Assembly (NCBI RefSeq): GCF_936981045.1
Contig: NZ_OW441264.1
Coordinates: forward strand, 600,001 to 632,000
DNA: 32,000 bases
Reading direction: 5' to 3'
Origin: Candidatus Saccharimonadota bacterium
Lineage (GTDB): Bacteria > Bacteroidota > Bacteroidia > Cytophagales > Amoebophilaceae
Below are positions 27,901 to 32,000 of the stretch, piece by piece (position 1 is the stretch's first letter; each line of letters starts with the position of its first letter). The position numbers and the translations under genes are program-made. The notes below the pieces were generated by a model. The model made no database searches. It had not been told where the DNA came from and worked only from the letters and a program-made list of their open reading frames with translations.

Positions 27901-28570
27901 CTGTTTTTTTAAACATAAACCAAGCCAAAAATGGAATAATTATAGTAAAGGTCACAAACTGCAAGATATCTGTAAAGGTAACTGCACGAACACCGCCAAA
28001 CATAGAATAGAAAATAAGGATTAAGGCAGCAAAGACGGTAATAATTCGGGGATTAAACAAATCTAGATCTACACACATGCTAACTGCCTGGGCCATTGCA
28101 ATGATTTGCATAGTAATTGCAACAATAGATCTACAAATACCAACCAAAGCTGTAATAATCCTTGGGTACTTACCATAGACATTACCCATCGTTTCTGCAA
28201 TAGAAAGGTTTTGCATAAATGGCCCCATACGTAACATCAACCGACTAAAGAGCCATATACTGAAACTATTCACACCCACAATAAGGATGATCCAGTAAAG
28301 GCCAAAGTTATATACTTGTTGTACATTAAATACTAAGCCCCCCCCACTATACAAAGTAGCCAATACGGTAGCCACCAAAGTAGCGGTAGCAAATTGCTTA
28401 TTCCCCACCGCATATTCCCGAAAGGTGGTTTCCTTTCTACTAAAGTAGATCCCCACTACCAAGGTTAATACCAAAAAAGTAGACACTATAAATAGCGACT
28501 CATTAAAGCAGATCATAAAGAATGCTGTTAAAAAGGTTAAAAAATACTTACAGATACACAAGCAACACAA
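24905..28570 (-). CDS. Multidomain membrane protein: sodium:solute symporter (SSS) domain, a second TM block, a degenerate kinase-like module and a catalytically inactive RelA/SpoT-type HD domain
   Basis: 1221-aa uninterrupted ORF (M19 at 28516 is an alternative start). aa ~20-484 are SSS-like multi-TM. aa 536-688 contain about 5 more helices. aa ~835-975 are HATPase-like but degenerate. aa 1024-1199 align motif by motif to the RSH hydrolase domain with the catalytic residues replaced. The tail is acidic/lysine-rich. Confidence 0.8.
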   Translation of the reverse strand: MCCLCICKYFLTFLTAFFMICFNESLFIVSTFLVLTLVVGIYFSRKETTFREYAVGNKQFATATLVATVLATLYSGGGLVFNVQQVYNFGLYWIILIVGVNSFSIWLFSRLMLRMGPFMQNLSIAETMGNVYGKYPRIITALVGICRSIVAITMQIIAMAQAVSMCVDLDLFNPRIITVFAALILIFYSMFGGVRAVTFTDILQFVTFTIIIPFLAWFMFKKTGKSIVEVVSLLQTQEKFQFSSLLHFDTKLVGMVAMALCIMVPDLGVPAVMQRVYMSSGPTQARRIFLYTSLFSVVISSVILLIGLFVFAAIPTLPIKDIWYHIMTNIPPIFRGMVCTSLLAMAMSTADSYLNSCAVMVGHDILESLPKEKEIDDVRQLKIARWTTLVVGLLSMFLTFYCKDLLDLLMLSFAFSLPVITAPALLAIFSFRGTSRTALIGMATGALSILAWNKWVKSTIGIDGAFICMLANALAMMAAHYLLKHPESAGWVGPDYQFKQIQQENARKRAERKEAIKNAWVNKATTLAKLRPSDAILCLTGLYIIATATLGYWFLKQGCLHKAICQVVVGFLFASYGLFTRYKTFFSKSIPSWFIGLCWLIGLALYFPIDLLWNWWHLVDPIFTASLFLTHCAIILWLLPLYLGIGVVAVTSLVAIYPIAAGLSFPLLSSLFPLFIASLLLFTVIICFKVKVGDLTGQILYLKDHEKIRENQNLKASLYEAALVSSNRGTFPKPRGYGFVLTQVVRKIEESISFLDSNMTLYKQDFQSIINKFYDWVIYFNKKERAKEHALLQPTKITLDKLIRKVEVALSQEIDEPPRLLVEKINDPNKGPCPYIVCDIHQVVYSLVQSVLRVGKPEGSYAPVVRIQLHPTVLQFKQTDPFDGSDPVCLIFQATALVISQATTPADLLPKVKASYADVINFTTSQERKEAPPSIDLQQQTISNVIGAHYGCLEDASDQKQPTMLLVLPNDVTEILGKITTTLPIDALTLETPVTPKEQADSMMVLMQFHDYVSKSSLQEDPIDMKTISGLLLLLRKHFGFKRHESGQLFYVRAVGIATLVVEWVFHSPKVIYAALLYGLVRRTCLPLSYIKEHYNFGVYAFVLNVVGIDKRQALDHPSLLHVKNRLKEAIKEEHVQLSVLFIKLAERLYDLCHAAGYIQLTEVQHMAQETLAIDVQIANTYLGPEIGVVLEEAAKQALEVCKSKEEEREKEKNKDKDQDS

Positions 28571-28674
28571 GTTGTATAGTAAGGATTTTTAGTTAAAAAT
28601 CAAAAAAAATAAAGGGAGGAATATTACTGATATTTCAGGTATGGCTACGCATTATACTGAACAGGATCATATAT

Positions 28675-28711
<37 letters not shown>

Positions 28712-28836
28712 GGTTCTGTCGCGTCTATATTTTCTTTTTGTATAGCTTTTCTCTTTAGCTGAAATTTTGAATATCATGCAGCCATTAAGATAGAAAAATG
28801 CTCAAAAGTAGAAAGATGATTTTTAGCTCCGATTAT

Positions 28837-28910
28837 TTGTCCTTTTTGAATCATACGATCAGAAAGAACACCTTGCAGCTGATCAAAAAAATAGTTTAAT
28901 GGAGGCCACA
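28837..28910. repeat. Structured intergenic repeat, copy c (left part only, truncated by the IS256 type C fragment)
   Basis: TTTGTCCTTTTTGAATCATACGATCAGAAAGAACACCTTGCAGCTGATCAAAAAAA is homologous to 9137-9195. Confidence 0.5.
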
Positions 28911-29088
28911 GGAAGTGTTCAATGAACTGTGTCACAGTACCGCTCTATCTCAACTCGAACTTTAACCTACCGAGAAAAAAGATGTCGAGCTGAGATATCG
29001 TTTTTATACAAGGTTTATACTGGTAAATGCTCCCTTTGTCTTAGTAAATTGTCTAATCTGCCTGTGCAAGCTTTCTATGGGATGGTTC
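28911..29088 (-). mobile_element. Inverted partial copy of the IS256 type C right end (~178 bp)
   Basis: It is the near-perfect reverse complement of ~30192-30371, including the terminal repeat GGAAGTGTTCAATGAACTGTGTCA and the last transposase codons (TNPTESLHRQIRQFTKTKGAF). Confidence 0.85.
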
Positions 29089-30371
29089 GGAAGTGTTCAC
29101 TAAACTGTGTCAAATCTTTAAAAAGTTATAATTTGCATACTTAACAGATAAAGGTTTTAGACATAGAAGAAACAATGCATAATGACTACGTTGGCTTAGT
29201 AGATTAACAAATCTCTAGAGGCAAATATTTTATCCTCTATCCGTTTAGGTAAGCCTTTAACAGGCAAAGGTGGTGCTTTAACGCCTCTGATAAAAAAGCT
29301 TTTAGAGGCAAGTCTAGAAGGTGAAATGGCACACCATTTATCTAGTGATTCACGAGAAAATAATAGAAGAAATGGCAAAAGCTCTAAAACTTTTCGTACA
29401 AGCTCTGGTTCATTTGATTTAGTAACCCCTAGGGATAGGACAGGTAGTTTCGATCTGCAAATAGTTAAAAAGCGTCAAACAAGTTTACATCCTGAGCTGG
29501 AAACCAAGATCTTAAGCATGTTTTCTAGTGGTATGAGGTATAATTCTATAGCGTCTCATGTTGAAGAAATTTATGATCATAAAGTGCCAGCTGCTGAAAT
29601 ATCGGCTATTACAGATAGCTTGTTACCGGTAATAAATGAATGGCGTAACCGTCCTCTTCAATCAGTTTATCCAATAGTTTTTATGGATGGCATGTTTTTT
29701 AAGGTGAAAGAAGATGGAAAATGTGTAAGTAAATGCATATATACCTTATTAGGCATAGATCAGGAGAGGAAAAAAGAAATATTAGGCTTCTATTTGTCTG
29801 AAAGTGAAGGTGCTAACTTCTGGCTAGGTGTACTTAACGAACTTAAGGAAAGGGGTGTAGAAGATATCCTTATTGCCTGCGTTGATGGCCTAAAAAGCTT
29901 CCCTTCATCCATAAATACCGTTTTTCCTAATACACAAGTTCAGGTCTGTATAGTACATCAGATACGCAACACACTCAAATATGTAGCTAGCAAAGATGTA
30001 AAACGTTTTTTAACTGATTTAAAGCAAATATATCAAGCCTCAAGTAAGGAAGTTGCTGAACATTATCTATTGGAACTGGAAGAAAAATAGGAAAAAAAGT
30101 ATCAGATGGTTACCAAATCTTGGCAAAATAATTGGGACCATTTATCTGCTTATTTTAGGTATTCAGGTTCTGTCAGAAGGCTAATTTATACAACCAATCC
30201 CACAGAAAGCTTGCACAGGCAGATTAGACAATTTACTAAGACAAAGGGGGCATTTACCAGTATAAATTCCTTGTATAAAAACGATATCTCAGCTCGACAT
30301 CTTTTTTCCCGGTAGGTTAAAGTTCGAGTTGAGATAGAGCGGTACTGTGACACAGTTCATTGAACACTTCC
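29089..30371 (+). mobile_element. IS256-family insertion sequence, type C (degraded)
   Basis: The IRL GGAAGTGTTCACTAAACTGTGTCA (29089-) resembles the reverse complement of the right end GGAAGTGTTCAATGAACTGTGTCA (-30371). The transposase is related to type A but clearly distinct from it. Confidence 0.8.
29175..30315 (+). pseudogene. IS256-family transposase (N-terminal frameshift, in-frame TAG at 30088, truncated C-terminus)
   Basis: MHNDYVGLVD* is followed by a shifted frame ...LTGKGGALTPLIKKLLEASLEGEMAHHL.... A TAG replaces the Trp expected in LELEEK*EKKYQ, and the frame also shifts by 1 nt between that stop (30088-30090) and the ORF at 30106-30315 (...YTTNPTESLHRQIR...), which carries the end and runs into the terminal repeat. 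Confidence 0.8.
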
Positions 30372-30542
30372 TACAAATAGCAAAATTACACTATCGACCT
30401 ATCACAACGGTCTCAACTCTTTTTAAACTCGTTAACTGAAGTAGAGCTCCTTTCCTCTTGAATGGTTTCCCAATCAATACTAACGGTAGTATGAGCCCCG
30501 CAGACTTCTGATATCACCTCTATTGACTTCGCTTTACTTATA

Positions 30543-30782
30543 ACGTAAGTTCGGGATTTATTTTACTGATTTACAACAATTTAATATCAATTATTTAGTT
30601 AATATTTGCACCTATTTAACAAGTTTTTATATCTAATTTTATAAATATAATATATATAATAAACTGATTATCAGAATTATTTTTTATTAAACTACCTATT
30701 TAACTGTCTATAAAACAAATTTTATAAATTTTTATTAATATTGATTATCAAATGAAAAAATAATCTAATCCCGAACTCACGT
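30543..30782 (-). mobile_element. MITE-1 copy 6 (inverted orientation)
   Basis: 240 bp, the reverse complement of the other copies. Termini are ACGTAAGTTCGGGATT and AATCCCGAACTCACGT. The flanking repeat is imperfect (TTATA / TATTA). Confidence 0.85.
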
Positions 30783-30842
30783 TATTAAAAAACTTAAGTA
30801 TAAACGATTAAAGAAGTAACATAATTTAACCATTGTATAACA

Positions 30843-31121
30843 CTAAAAGTCACTTTTTATACCAAAGCTTAAAACTCTATTGCAACGGCCTCTAAATATG
30901 AAAAAGATTAGGAAAATAAATAAGACACCTTGAGTCTTACAATAGGTACCTAGATCACTGAACAATAGATATGCTATATCTTTTAGCATATTTTTTAGTG
31001 AATATGCTAAAAGTAAAATTATATGCATATACAAGCAACCATCGAATGCCTGTGCTCCCCACCTGCGCCATGTATACATGGCTGTTATTTTTTCAGCTTC
31101 AACCCAATTTGTATTTTTCAT
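30843..31121 (-). CDS. Hypothetical small membrane protein (doubtful)
   Basis: 92-aa ORF directly downstream of leuS with hydrophobic stretches. I recognise no family, and it may be non-coding. Confidence 0.2.
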   Translation of the reverse strand: MKNTNWVEAEKITAMYTWRRWGAQAFDGCLYMHIILLLAYSLKNMLKDIAYLLFSDLGTYCKTQGVLFIFLIFFIFRGRCNRVLSFGIKSDF

Positions 31122-31133
31122 AAACTCATGCTA

Positions 31134-32000
31134 TTATACAACTACATTTACCATTTTGTTAAGAACAATCACCACATTTTTAGGTGATTTACCTATAACC
31201 CATTTTTGAATCACTTCATTGGCCAATACTGCTTTTTCTATAGCCATAGAGGATGCATTACAGCCAAAAACCATTTTAGTACGCACCTTACCATTTACTG
31301 CAATAGGATATTCAAAACTTTTCTCTTCTAAGTATGCTTCATTCCAAAGTGGAAAAGCCACCTCTGTAATACTATCTGTTTTGTCTATACTTTCCCATAG
31401 CTCAGCAGCCATGTAAGGGGCAAAAGGTTCCAACAACAAAATAAAATCTGCTACAATAGATTGGGTGACCCTTTCAAAAGTTGATAACCTATTTAGACCA
31501 ATCATTAAACTACTTATAGCCGTATTAAAAGAACATTTTTGAATTGATTCTGTTACTTTTTTGATGGTTTTATGGATTACTTTAAGCATTTCCTGATGAG
31601 GAAGCAACTCAGTAGTGGCCCACGAAGCTTTTGCATGGTGTACAAAACGCCATACCTTATTCAGAAAACGAAAGACCCCTTCTATACCAGACAAATCCCA
31701 TGGTTTAGATTGTTCCAATGGTCCTAAAAACATCAAATACAAACGTAAAGCATCAGCGCCATATTGAGCAATAACCTTATCTGGGTCCACCACATTGTAT
31801 TTGGACTTAGACATTTTTTCCATTTTACTCCCACATATATATTTACCTCCTTCTAACAGGAAGCGCGCATCCGCAAATTCAGGGCGCCAATTTTTTAACG
31901 CTTTTAGGTCTAAAATATCTTTTTCTACAAACGCAGTAGGGATATAGATAGGAATGACATCATATTCCGATATAAGACCAGCACTCAGAAAGATATTTTG
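31134..32000 (-). CDS. leuS: Leucyl-tRNA synthetase, C-terminal part (the gene continues past the window end)
   Basis: The class I KMSKS motif (GSKMEKMSKSKYNVVDP) and a C-terminal anticodon-binding region are present. The frame stays open upstream of the track Met at 31823 through to position 32000. Confidence 0.85.
   Translation of the reverse strand, partial: QNIFLSAGLISEYDVIPIYIPTAFVEKDILDLKALKNWRPEFADARFLLEGGKYICGSKMEKMSKSKYNVVDPDKVIAQYGADALRLYLMFLGPLEQSKPWDLSGIEGVFRFLNKVWRFVHHAKASWATTELLPHQEMLKVIHKTIKKVTESIQKCSFNTAISSLMIGLNRLSTFERVTQSIVADFILLLEPFAPYMAAELWESIDKTDSITEVAFPLWNEAYLEEKSFEYPIAVNGKVRTKMVFGCNASSMAIEKAVLANEVIQKWVIGKSPKNVVIVLNKMVNVVV

Noticed and set aside
28911-29112. IRR-IRL abutment as an IS256 circle or tandem-dimer junction.
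   Set aside because: In a circle junction the right end would face the left end in direct continuity. Here the right-end fragment is inverted, with its terminal repeat pointing away from the left end. It is a nested or truncated copy.
30413-30833. Possible ~59-aa ORF on the minus strand (MVKLCYFFNRLYLSFLI / SKAKSIEVISEVCGAHTTVSIDWETIQEERSSTSVNEFKKS) split by MITE-1 copy 6.
   Set aside because: Frame continuity depends on assuming a 4-nt target duplication, whereas the flanks (TTATA / TATTA) are imperfect. I recognise no family, and the N-terminal part is low-complexity. It is not supportable as a gene.

Overview
This is an AT-rich chromosomal window that looks like a Bacteroidota intracellular symbiont. 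The supporting signs are the gene order miaB, sigma-54 activator, lptE-like, secG, a eukaryote-like aaRS and a very high IS load. It resembles Amoebophilus/Cardinium-type genomes, but that is inference only. Intact host genes: acs, miaB, a receiver-less sigma-54 enhancer-binding protein, an lptE-like lipoprotein, a TPR-like hypothetical, secG, a beta-barrel-like protein, tRNA-Ser(CGA), a secreted alpha/beta hydrolase, dnaN, folA, tRNA-Ala(UGC), an oppA-like binding protein, a eukaryote/archaeal-type aspS, a 1221-aa transporter fusion protein and the 3' part of leuS. Roughly a third of the window is decayed mobile DNA. It includes two IS256-family types (three copies or fragments), an IS3-family element (two copies plus two end fragments), two IS982-family copies and a possible group II intron 3' remnant. 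It also holds six copies of a ~240-bp MITE that shares terminal repeats with the IS982-like element, and a second 412-bp MITE. Every transposase gene visible is a pseudogene, and the elements are nested in each other. The peptide ABC transporter operon is decaying: the binding protein is intact while permease and ATPase genes are frameshifted, deleted or MITE-disrupted. The most unusual item is the 1221-aa protein (24905-28570, minus). It fuses a sodium:solute symporter to extra TM helices, a degenerate kinase-like module and a RelA/SpoT-type HD domain in which all catalytic residues are replaced. I found no CRISPR array, rRNA, prophage or recognisable defence system.
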